Shown: positions 56,157-64,000 of the stretch, in pieces
How the letters are laid out: every line of letters starts with the position of its first letter
How positions within the stretch are numbered: position 1 is the stretch's first letter
NCBI GenBank assembly: GCA_965652295.1
Contig: CBFGTS010000017.1
Span: 1 to 64,000, forward strand
Direction of reading: 5' to 3'
Source of the DNA: an uncultured Haloferula sp.
Lineage (GTDB): Bacteria > Verrucomicrobiota > Verrucomicrobiia > Verrucomicrobiales > Akkermansiaceae
Length of the DNA stretch: 64,000 bases
Position numbers and translations under genes: made by a program
The notes under the pieces: model-generated
The model's database searches: none
What the model saw: the letters and a program-made list of their open reading frames with translations, nothing else
Told to the model about the DNA's origin: nothing

Positions 56157-57413
56157 ATGGTCGAGACGATGCCCGAAATATCCATCGAAAGGCTCGGCGG
56201 CGATCTACGGGAACTCTCGGAGATCGGACGCGCGGAGGATGGCGGCGTGTACCGCATGGCTTTCACCGAGGCCGACATGCGCGGCAAGGCATGGCTGGAG
56301 CAGCGCATGCAGGACGCGGGCCTGGAAACCTCGCGCGATGGCGCGTGCAACGTGATCGGCCGGCTCGCCGGAAAAAACGCGGAGGCCCCCGCGCTGGTGA
56401 TCGGCTCCCACATCGACACGGTGCCGTGCGCCGGGATCCTCGATGGCACCCTGGGCGTGCTGACCGGGCTCGAATGCCTGCGCGCGGTGAAGGAAAGCGG
56501 CCGCGTGCCGGAGCGCGACATCGAGCTGATCGCCTTCTCCGATGAGGAAGGCCGCTTCGGCGGCATGCTCGGCTCGCAGGCATTCGCCGGGCAGGTCACG
56601 CCGGATGTCATCCACACCGCGGTCGATCCCGCGGGCGAAAAAATGGCCGATGCGATGGCCGCGCACGGCCTCGATCCCTGGCTCGCGTTGCAGGCGCGGC
56701 GCGATCCGCAGACGATCGCCGCCTACCTGGAGCTGCACATCGAGCAGGGCCCGGTGCTTTCCGGAAACGACGAGCAGATCGGCGTGGTCGAGGCGATCAC
56801 CGGGCTCTTCAAGTGGACCGTGACGCTTTCCGGCGAGCCGAACCACGCCGGCACCACGCCCATGCCGATGCGGCGCGACGCGTTCATGGGCGTGGCCGAT
56901 TTCGCCCACGAGATCCCGCGCCTGCTCGACGAGAACGGCTCCGAACGCTCGCGGGCGACGATCGGCCGCGTGGATCTCACGCCCGGCTCCGCCAACACGG
57001 TGCCGGGCGAGGCCCGGTTCACCCTCGACGTGCGCGATACGGACGAGACGGTGATGCACGAACTCGCCGACTCCGCACGCAAGGCGCTCAACGCGATCGC
57101 CCGACGCCGCGGGCTGCGTTTCAACTACGAGGTCGATAGCTGGATCAATCCGGTCGATTGCGATGCCGCGCTTTCCGACATGGTTGAAGCCGCGGCGAAA
57201 GACGCGGGCACCCGTTTCCGCCGCATGATCTCGGGTGCCGCCCACGATGCGCAGATCGTCGCCTCGCTCTGTCCCGTAGGCATGATTTTCGTCCCGTCGC
57301 TGGAGGGAAAATCCCACTCGCCCGCGGAATGGACCGCCTGGGACGACATCGAGGCCGGGGCCCGCGTCATGCTCGGCACGATCGAACGCTTCGCCTTCCC
57401 ATCCGCTTCCTGA
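56157..57413 (+). CDS. Zn-dependent N-carbamoyl-L-amino-acid amidohydrolase / allantoate amidohydrolase family (M20)
   Basis: GSHIDTV, GILDG.LGV, EEGRF, YLELHIEQGP, NHAGTTPM, SGAAHDA, SHSPAE; start 56157 or 56169. Confidence 0.93.
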   Translation: MVETMPEISIERLGGDLRELSEIGRAEDGGVYRMAFTEADMRGKAWLEQRMQDAGLETSRDGACNVIGRLAGKNAEAPALVIGSHIDTVPCAGILDGTLGVLTGLECLRAVKESGRVPERDIELIAFSDEEGRFGGMLGSQAFAGQVTPDVIHTAVDPAGEKMADAMAAHGLDPWLALQARRDPQTIAAYLELHIEQGPVLSGNDEQIGVVEAITGLFKWTVTLSGEPNHAGTTPMPMRRDAFMGVADFAHEIPRLLDENGSERSRATIGRVDLTPGSANTVPGEARFTLDVRDTDETVMHELADSARKALNAIARRRGLRFNYEVDSWINPVDCDAALSDMVEAAAKDAGTRFRRMISGAAHDAQIVASLCPVGMIFVPSLEGKSHSPAEWTAWDDIEAGARVMLGTIERFAFPSAS

Positions 57414-57417
57414 ACCC

Positions 57418-58161
57418 ATGTCCGTCACCTCCATCACCGACCCCCTCCGCCAGCAATATCGCGAAGCCTTTGTCACCAATCCGCGCCGCGCGGAGCACCT
57501 CGCCGATGGCAAGGTGGCGCTGTTGTGCATCGACGTGCAGTACCTCGACGCGGCCGATGGCTACGGGCTCTTCGCCGATCCCGACACGAGCGGCGTGCCG
57601 GAGGAGGGACGGAAGTACTACTTCGAGCGTTTGGAAACGCTGGTGCTGCCCGGCATGCGGCTGCTGCAGGATGCGTTCCGCGGCGAGAAGCTGGAGGTCA
57701 TCCACATTCGGATCTGCGCGCTGACCCACGACGGCCGGGACCGGAGCGCCGGGCACCGACGGCTCAACCTGCTGGCCGCTCCCGGCAGCAAGGAGGCGGA
57801 GTTTCTCGAGCAGGTCGCGCCGGAGGGCGATGAGATCGTGATCAACAAAACCGCCAGCGGCGTATTCTCCAGCACCAACATCCATTACGTGCTCGGCAAC
57901 CTCGGCATCCGCTCGCTCTATCTCTGCGGCGTCTACACCAACGAGTGCGTCGAGACCGCCGCACGCGACGCCTGCGACCTCGGGTATTTCGTGACGATCG
58001 TCGAGGATGCCTGCGCGACGGTGACCGAGCGCCTGCACGAGGCCTCGCTGGCGACGCTGCGCGACCGCTACGCGCGGATCAATTCCGTGCGCGATGTGCT
58101 GAGGGAACTCGACGTCCTGCGCGACAGCTCCACGGCCGCAATCCTCTCGCGGACCGAATAG
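57418..58161 (+). CDS. Isochorismatase-family cysteine hydrolase
   Basis: Asp-Lys-Cys triad: IDVQ, NKTASGVF, GVYTNECVETAARDA. Confidence 0.92.
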   Translation: MSVTSITDPLRQQYREAFVTNPRRAEHLADGKVALLCIDVQYLDAADGYGLFADPDTSGVPEEGRKYYFERLETLVLPGMRLLQDAFRGEKLEVIHIRICALTHDGRDRSAGHRRLNLLAAPGSKEAEFLEQVAPEGDEIVINKTASGVFSSTNIHYVLGNLGIRSLYLCGVYTNECVETAARDACDLGYFVTIVEDACATVTERLHEASLATLRDRYARINSVRDVLRELDVLRDSSTAAILSRTE

Positions 58162-58379
58162 GAGCCGGGCGCTCCTGCGGGCGACGAGGGTGTCCGGCTT
58201 TTTTGATCACAGAACAGCGGAGGGGAGGACGTCCGACTGGATCATCCGGAATTCAGTTTTTCTCTGTGACCTCCGTTTTCCTCGGTGCCTCCGTGTTGAA
58301 AAAAGGCGTTCCCGTTCCTGGAGCAAACCCACCGAGCCCCCGGACTGCCCAGGTTGCGGGGCGAGGGCGTTCTACTTCC

Positions 58380-58406
58380 AAAAAAATCCCGCCGGAAGGG
58401 CGGGAA
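58380..58406 (-). terminator. Intrinsic terminator downstream of tRNA-Glu
   Basis: Minus strand TCCCGCC-CTTCC-GGCGGGA-TTTTTTT. Confidence 0.75.
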
Positions 58407-58419
58407 CTCAAGGAGGAAG

Positions 58420-58494
58420 TGGCAACCCGTAGGGGAATCGAACCCCTATTGCCAGAATGAAAATCTGGAGTCCTAACCGTTAGACGAACGGGTC
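58420..58494 (-). tRNA. tRNA-Glu (anticodon TTC)
   Basis: GACCCGTTCGTCTAACGGTTAGGACTCCAGATTTTCATTCTGGCAATAGGGGTTCGATTCCCCTACGGGTTGCCA; cloverleaf, anticodon arm CCAGA-TT TTC AT-TCTGG, GTTCGA T-loop, encoded CCA. Confidence 0.97.
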
Positions 58495-58723
58495 TCACTT
58501 CGCGAAGCTTGCCGGAGCAGGCTTCCTTCGCCCACCGGGGTGGGCTGGGCCGGAAAGCTAGTCAGAGCCCTCCGACTGACAAGCACATTTTTGGGAAAAA
58601 AATTCCGCATCCATTCATGGGTTGGATGAAACGTTCCCTGAGTGGTGGATGAATGGCGGCTTGCCAGCGGGGACATCGTCCCTACCCTGCGCGCCCTGTC
58701 CGACAAGCACTTACGGATTGCCC

Positions 58724-60703
58724 ATGAATACAGACATCCTCTCCCAAGCCGCCGCCCAGGCGCGTGGCCTCGCCATTGATGCCGTCCACGCGTGTTCCTC
58801 CGGCCACCTCGGCCTGCCGCTCGGCTGCGCCGAGATCGGTGCCGTCCTCTGGGGTGCCGGCGGCCTGCGCTACAATCCGGAAGCTCCGAAGTGGCTGAAC
58901 CGCGACCGTTTCATCCTTTCCGCCGGCCACGGCTCGATGTTCCTCTACAGCTGGCTGCACATGACCGGGTACGACGTGCCGATGGAAAACGTGCGGAACT
59001 TCCGCCAGCTCGGCTCGCACACCCCCGGCCACCCGGAGTCGTTTGAAACCGCCGGCGTCGAGGCCACCACCGGCCCGCTCGGCCAGGGCGTGGGCAACGC
59101 CGTGGGCTTCGCCCTCTCCGGCAAGCGCGCCGCAGCCCGCTTCAACACCAAGGATCACACGATTTTCGACCACCACGTCATCGCCCTCCACGGCGACGGC
59201 TGCCTTCAGGAAGGCGTGGCCAAGGAGGCGATCGCTTTCGCCGGCCACAACAAGCTGGATAACCTGATCCTCATCTACGATTCGAACGACGTCACCCTCG
59301 ACGCCATGGCCGAGGTGACCCAGAGCGAGGACGCCGCCGGCTACTTCGTTTCCCAGGGTTGGGACGTCGTCACCATCGACGGCCACGATTTCACCGCCAT
59401 CCACAAGGCGCTGGAAAACGCGAAGAACGACGACAACGGCAAGCCGAAGGTGATCATCGCCAAAACCACCATCGGCAAGGGTATCCCGGAAGTCGAAGGC
59501 ACCTCCAAGGGCCACGGTGAGGGCGGCGCGAATTTCTCCGACGCCGCACGCAAGGGCCTCGGCCTGCCGGAAGAGCACTTCTATGTCTCCGACGAGGTGC
59601 GCGATTACCTCAAGCAGGTCGCCGACAACCACAAGCACGCCTTCCTTTCCTGGCAGAGCGACTACGAGGCCTGGGCGCAGGCGAATCCCGAGCTGGCCGT
59701 CGAGCTTCGCGCCGGCGTGCAGGGGGAGATCCCGAGCGACCTCGTCGAGCGCATCCCGGCCTTTGCCGAGGATTACAAGGACGCGACCCGCGGCGCGGGC
59801 GGCGTGGTGATCCAGTCGGTGGCCAAGGAAGTGCCCCACTTCATCACCGGCTCGGCCGATCTCTACGGCTCGACCAAGAACTACATCAAGGATGCCGGCG
59901 ACTTCGGTCCGGAGAACCCGACCGGCCGCAACATCTGGTTCGGCATCCGCGAGCACGCCATGGGAGCCATCTGCAATGGCATCGCCTACGACGGCATCTT
60001 CCGCGGTTCCGGCGCGACCTTCCTGGTCTTCGCCGACTACCTCCGCCCCTCCATCCGTCTGGCCGCGCTTTCCCGCCTGCCCGTCACCTACATCTTCACC
60101 CACGATTCCGTGGGCGTCGGTGAGGACGGCCCGACCCACCAGCCGGTGGAAACCGTGAGCGGCCTGCGCGTGATCCCGCAGCTCGACGTGATCCGCCCGG
60201 CCGACGCCGAGGAAACCGCCGGCGCCTTCGCTGCGGCGATGCTCCGCACCGATGGTCCCACGGCCCTCATCCTGACCCGCCAGGGCGTGCCGCCGATGAG
60301 CCAGCTGTCCGTTTCCGAGCGCCGCAACGGCGTGATCCGCGGCGGCTATGTCGTCCGTAAGGAGAAGGGCGAACTCACCACCATCCTCCTCGCCACCGGT
60401 TCCGAGGTGCAATACTGCCTCAAGGCCGCCGAGGAACTCGGCGACGGCGTGCGCGTCGTCTCGATGCCCTGCTTCGAGCGCTTCGACCGCCAGGACGCCG
60501 CCTACCGCGAGGCGGTCCTGCCGAAGTCCTGCACCCGGCGCGTCGCCATCGAGGCCGGCGTCACCGGCCTGTGGTGGAAATACGTCGGCACCGAAGGCAA
60601 GGTCGTCGGCATCGACCGCTTCGGCCTCAGCGCCCCCGGCAACACGGTCTTCAAAGAACTCGGCATCACCGTCGAGTCGGTCGTTGCCGCCGCCAAAGCC
60701 TGA
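58724..60703 (+). CDS. tkt: Transketolase
   Basis: [67 protein letters not shown]; start moved to ATG 58724. Confidence 0.97.
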   Translation: MNTDILSQAAAQARGLAIDAVHACSSGHLGLPLGCAEIGAVLWGAGGLRYNPEAPKWLNRDRFILSAGHGSMFLYSWLHMTGYDVPMENVRNFRQLGSHTPGHPESFETAGVEATTGPLGQGVGNAVGFALSGKRAAARFNTKDHTIFDHHVIALHGDGCLQEGVAKEAIAFAGHNKLDNLILIYDSNDVTLDAMAEVTQSEDAAGYFVSQGWDVVTIDGHDFTAIHKALENAKNDDNGKPKVIIAKTTIGKGIPEVEGTSKGHGEGGANFSDAARKGLGLPEEHFYVSDEVRDYLKQVADNHKHAFLSWQSDYEAWAQANPELAVELRAGVQGEIPSDLVERIPAFAEDYKDATRGAGGVVIQSVAKEVPHFITGSADLYGSTKNYIKDAGDFGPENPTGRNIWFGIREHAMGAICNGIAYDGIFRGSGATFLVFADYLRPSIRLAALSRLPVTYIFTHDSVGVGEDGPTHQPVETVSGLRVIPQLDVIRPADAEETAGAFAAAMLRTDGPTALILTRQGVPPMSQLSVSERRNGVIRGGYVVRKEKGELTTILLATGSEVQYCLKAAEELGDGVRVVSMPCFERFDRQDAAYREAVLPKSCTRRVAIEAGVTGLWWKYVGTEGKVVGIDRFGLSAPGNTVFKELGITVESVVAAAKA

Positions 60704-60748
60704 TCGTGGCGGCGGATTTCATCCGCCAAGCCCACCGCTTCAATATTC

Positions 60749-60783
60749 ATGCCGCCCCGGGAAACCGGGGCGGCGTATTTTTT
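60749..60783 (+). terminator. Intrinsic terminator after tkt
   Basis: ATGCCGCCCCGG-GAAA-CCGGGGCGGCGT followed by ATTTTTT. Confidence 0.8.
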
Positions 60784-60805
60784 GATGCCCGCCGCTCCTT
60801 TCCGG

Positions 60806-61774
60806 CTACGGCGTGAAGAGCACCTTGCCATGACGGTCCGGTGCGTCGAGACAGGCGAGCGCCTGCTTGAATTCCCCGAGCCGGTGCGTCGAGTCGATCG
60901 GCACGTCCAGTTTCCCTTCCGCCATCCATTTCGCGAGCAGACCATATGTCCGGTGCACCTCAGGCAACCGCGCGTTCTCGAGCCACTTCGTCATCCAGAA
61001 CCCGTGCAGGCTGATGTCCTTGAAAATGAGGAGACCGTTCGGCACCTTGAGCGGCTTGCGACCCATTGCGCCGTAGGTCACGTGGCTGCCGCCGACCGCC
61101 AGCAGGTTCATCAGGCGCAGCGCGCTGTCGCCCCCCACGGCATTCAGCGCGAGCACCGGGCGGTCCTTGCCGAGCACCTCTTTGGCCGCATCCACCGCGT
61201 CGCCGTTGTCCAGGAAAACGTGATCCGCGCCGATCGCCTTCAGCTCGCCAACCAACTCCTCGCGACGTACGAGGTTCACCGTACGCCAGCCGAGCTGCTT
61301 GCAGAGCTGGATCACACATCGTCCCACCCCGGAATTCGCCGCGTTCTGGACCACCCAGCCGCCGGGAGGCACGGCCACGAAGCCATGAAGCATGCGGAAG
61401 GCCGTGGCGGGATTGACCTTGAGCATCGCCGCCTGGAGCGGATCGATGCCCACCGGCAGCTTGAAAAGCAGATCCCCATGCACGTCCGCCTGCTCCGCCC
61501 ACGACGAGGCACGTGTCAGGAAAATGACGTGGTCGCCGGGCACGTAAGCTGCATGCCGGCTTTCCAGCACCTCCGCGCAGCCTTCGATTCCCGGCGTCGC
61601 TGGCAGCTCCGGCATCACGCCGTAGGTGCCCTCGATGAAATTCAGATCCGCCGGGTTGACCGGCGCGGCGAGGACCTTCACGCGCACATGGTTTTCAGCC
61701 AGGGTGCCGGCTTCATCGTCCACGCATTCCAGAACCTCCACAGGGACACCACACGATCGGAAGGCAAGCTTCAT
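60806..61774 (-). CDS. 2-enoyl thioester reductase (MDR superfamily, Etr1/MECR-like)
   Basis: PVNPADLNFIEGTYG, VNPATA, QNAANSGVG, LNAVGG, VTYGAM, LIFKDI..GFW. Confidence 0.88.
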   Translation of the reverse strand: MKLAFRSCGVPVEVLECVDDEAGTLAENHVRVKVLAAPVNPADLNFIEGTYGVMPELPATPGIEGCAEVLESRHAAYVPGDHVIFLTRASSWAEQADVHGDLLFKLPVGIDPLQAAMLKVNPATAFRMLHGFVAVPPGGWVVQNAANSGVGRCVIQLCKQLGWRTVNLVRREELVGELKAIGADHVFLDNGDAVDAAKEVLGKDRPVLALNAVGGDSALRLMNLLAVGGSHVTYGAMGRKPLKVPNGLLIFKDISLHGFWMTKWLENARLPEVHRTYGLLAKWMAEGKLDVPIDSTHRLGEFKQALACLDAPDRHGKVLFTP

Positions 61775-61854
61775 GCCCGTAGGTCGGCCTTTTCCGCGAT
61801 GGGGTCAAGGGGGCGCCGCTCCATGCACGATCATGCGGAAGATTCCGCAAAATG

Positions 61855-63216
61855 CTAACCGCTCGCATGGATCCACGACCCGCGCACGAAGAACGCCTGC
61901 GGCAGTGTCGCCATGGTGCCAAACATCAAGGCGAGCAGACGCTCGTCGAAGGGATTCGAAGTCAACGTGAGGCTGAGGAAGCTGGCGGTGAAAACAAAAG
62001 GCAAGGAGGCCAGCCAGTAGTCCGGACCGGGCAGAGCGGAGTTCGCTCGAGCCACGGCGATCGACTGCCACATGGTCGCGACGAAGAGCAGGATCATGCT
62101 CAGCAGCGCTACAACGCCGCCGGAGAAAAGCGAGTAGGTCCAGATGGAGTGACCGGCGAACCAGACATCCTCTCCGATTTCCTCATCCGGCGGATACACG
62201 AGATGGATCTCAGGCAGATAGGCGGCGTCCCAGGAATAGCTCGCCCCAATCCCATGGCCGTAGAGGTAGTGCACTGGATCGGCGTCGAGGATCTTGAAAA
62301 TGCCGGACGCCTCGGCTTCGCGGGTGAGCCATGAGATATCGATGGCGATGTTCCGGTCCGCCGCGTGATGAAACAGCCGCTCGTTCCAGCGCTCGATCAG
62401 CTGCGGCTTCGACACCCATGTGACGGCCAGCGCAAGCACCGCGAATCCGCTGAGGGCAAACACCGGCATCAACCGTCGCGCCACCTCCGACCACCGATAA
62501 ACGCCCCATTTCACACCCAACGCGAAGGCGATTCCGGCGGTCAGCGCCGAGGCACCGATTGGCAGGATCATCGAACGCGTGATCGTGATCACGATGCCGA
62601 TGAACAAGGCTGCGGTGGCAGCGATCGTGGTCCAATGGAAACGCGAGCGGAGCAGCAGTGCGCACGCGATGAATGCCGCGAGCCAGGCCAGCGCCGCGCT
62701 CAGAACCTCGGTGCGGACGTTTTCCATGGTTACCCCCTTGAAGGCGAAGCCGTGGAAAATCCGCCACAGGACATTCACGCACGCCGCCACCAGGATGGGA
62801 GCGACGATCCGTGCCGGGCGGACGCCCAGGCAGCCGGCCAGGTGGACATTGATCATACCGGCGAAGCACAACATCAGGGGCAGGATGATGCGCAGCGACC
62901 GGCCGGGCTCGACGCCTTGGACGAAAGCATTCCCCAGCATGTAAACGAGGAATGCGCCCCAGAACGCCAGCATCCACGACCCGGGCCGCACGGTGATCAT
63001 GCGCCAGCCGAGCAGGACGATTCCCGCCGTGGAACCCATCGCCCCGGCCAGGAACACAAGCTGATCGAGCCCCGCTCCCGAGGCGCCGGCTCGCGCTTCG
63101 CCCGCCCGGTAGTCGAGCGAGAAGGAAAGCATGAAGATCCAGAACAGCACCTCCACCCACACACGAGGGCCCGTGCGCGGGAAGGACACGGGGTCCTCGC
63201 TGTCGTCTAAAATCAT
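61855..63216 (-). CDS. O-antigen ligase/polymerase-like multi-pass membrane protein
   Basis: About 11 TM helices; ITITRS, periplasmic loop with R...GHGIG...HS, typical of Wzy_C/WaaL-type proteins. Confidence 0.65.
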   Translation of the reverse strand: MILDDSEDPVSFPRTGPRVWVEVLFWIFMLSFSLDYRAGEARAGASGAGLDQLVFLAGAMGSTAGIVLLGWRMITVRPGSWMLAFWGAFLVYMLGNAFVQGVEPGRSLRIILPLMLCFAGMINVHLAGCLGVRPARIVAPILVAACVNVLWRIFHGFAFKGVTMENVRTEVLSAALAWLAAFIACALLLRSRFHWTTIAATAALFIGIVITITRSMILPIGASALTAGIAFALGVKWGVYRWSEVARRLMPVFALSGFAVLALAVTWVSKPQLIERWNERLFHHAADRNIAIDISWLTREAEASGIFKILDADPVHYLYGHGIGASYSWDAAYLPEIHLVYPPDEEIGEDVWFAGHSIWTYSLFSGGVVALLSMILLFVATMWQSIAVARANSALPGPDYWLASLPFVFTASFLSLTLTSNPFDERLLALMFGTMATLPQAFFVRGSWIHASG

Positions 63217-63548
63217 GGGTGCGGGTGCGGAAGGTGGACGGCCGGAGCCGCCGGGAAGGAGGGGAACAGCGGGCGCAGTCTAGGTTTCAGGCGGGGAAGC
63301 GTCAATGGAGGCGACGCCGTGCCCGACCTTGCACCCGCGCAGCCGGGACCATCCGGGCTTTTCCCACATCATGGAGCAGCGGAGAAAACGGAGGGGACAA
63401 CCGGCAGCCGCGGCCCGAGGGCGAATAACGCTCGCCGCAGACGCGTGTCCGGGTCAAATCGGCCGCAGCCCGATCTTTTCCAATCCACCTGATGACCACC
63501 CTCTGCCGAGAATCCTTCCCCTCCGACAGGATGACCTGTTGGCTTGAA

Positions 63549-64000
63549 ATGCGGGAGGCGCTGCAAGCGGAGCTGGGCGAAGCGATCACGCTCGACGCGC
63601 TGACCGGGCCGAAGGGACGTCTGGAAAGCGAAGCGTGCCGTGACGATGCGGGCGGCGAGGCCGGATGGTTGATCGCACAGCGGAAGAAAGGGCACCGGCA
63701 CTCGATCGATGACGTGCTCACCGCCTGGTATGCGCTGCGGAATTCGCCGCCTGTCACCAGACATCTCGACCTCGGCACCGGGATCGGCACCGTCGGGCTC
63801 CTCACGCTGTGGGGCATGGGTCGCGAGACGCGCCTGACTTGTGTCGAGGCGCAGGAAATCAGCTACCGTTTGCTGCAGGCGAATCTGGAGACCAATGGCC
63901 TGCGTTCCCGGGTGGACGCCTCGCATGGCGACCTGCGGGAGTTCGCGCCGGGCCGGCGGTTTCCGCTGGTGACCGGCAGCCCGCCCTACTTTCCGACGAC
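63549..64000 (+). CDS. SAM-dependent methyltransferase, TrmN6 (tRNA A37 N6)-like; truncated by window end
   Basis: Manual translation: ...IAQRKKGHRHSIDDVLTAWYA...HLDLGTGIG...VEAQ...HGDLR...VTGSPPYF; in-frame ATGs also at 63492 and 63531. Confidence 0.8.
   Translation, partial: MREALQAELGEAITLDALTGPKGRLESEACRDDAGGEAGWLIAQRKKGHRHSIDDVLTAWYALRNSPPVTRHLDLGTGIGTVGLLTLWGMGRETRLTCVEAQEISYRLLQANLETNGLRSRVDASHGDLREFAPGRRFPLVTGSPPYFPT

Noticed and set aside
55950..56160. Sigma54 promoter in the divergent region of the carbamoyl cluster
   Set aside because: The TGGC/CGGC candidates do not give GG-N10-GC spacing on either strand.
58162..58420. Genomic island integrated at tRNA-Glu
   Set aside because: No integrase and no duplicate of the tRNA 3' end seen in the window; flanking genes have host-like composition. 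Only degenerate short repeats (CTCTGTG/CTCCGTG-like) are present.

Overview
GC-rich bacterial chromosomal window with about 60 genes and one tRNA-Glu(TTC). It is probably Verrucomicrobiota (Haloferula/Luteolibacter-like), inferred from the DUF1592/DUF1552 pair, the exbB-exbD-exbD-TPR operon and mostly SD-less ...CCCATG starts. Housekeeping genes include amtB, sodA, rmuC, a DEAD-box helicase, nth, gdhA, tsaB, citrate synthase and tkt. Accessory modules include a WYL/YafY-VOC pair, a TetR-controlled VOC/SRPBCC operon, a VTC-DUF4956-porin operon and a His-rich permease pair. Two candidates for undescribed systems stand out. (1) An unannotated ~190-nt minus-strand RNA (about 24289 to 24097) lies behind a consensus sigma54 promoter and has three hairpins that all display the loop UU(U/C)AUGGGUUU, complementary to AACCCAUG start-codon contexts. 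(2) A divergent cluster at 50929-58161 combines an AsnB-type amidotransferase, an ATCase-like carbamoyltransferase lacking the aspartate side-chain-binding residues, a 39-aa membrane peptide, a Na+/solute symporter, an N-carbamoyl-amino-acid hydrolase and a cysteine hydrolase; it may make, import and recycle an N-carbamoyl-amino-acid amide such as the osmolyte N-carbamoyl-L-glutamine 1-amide. All family calls come from motif recognition by eye, not database searches, and several start codons were moved from the ORF track to more plausible internal starts.
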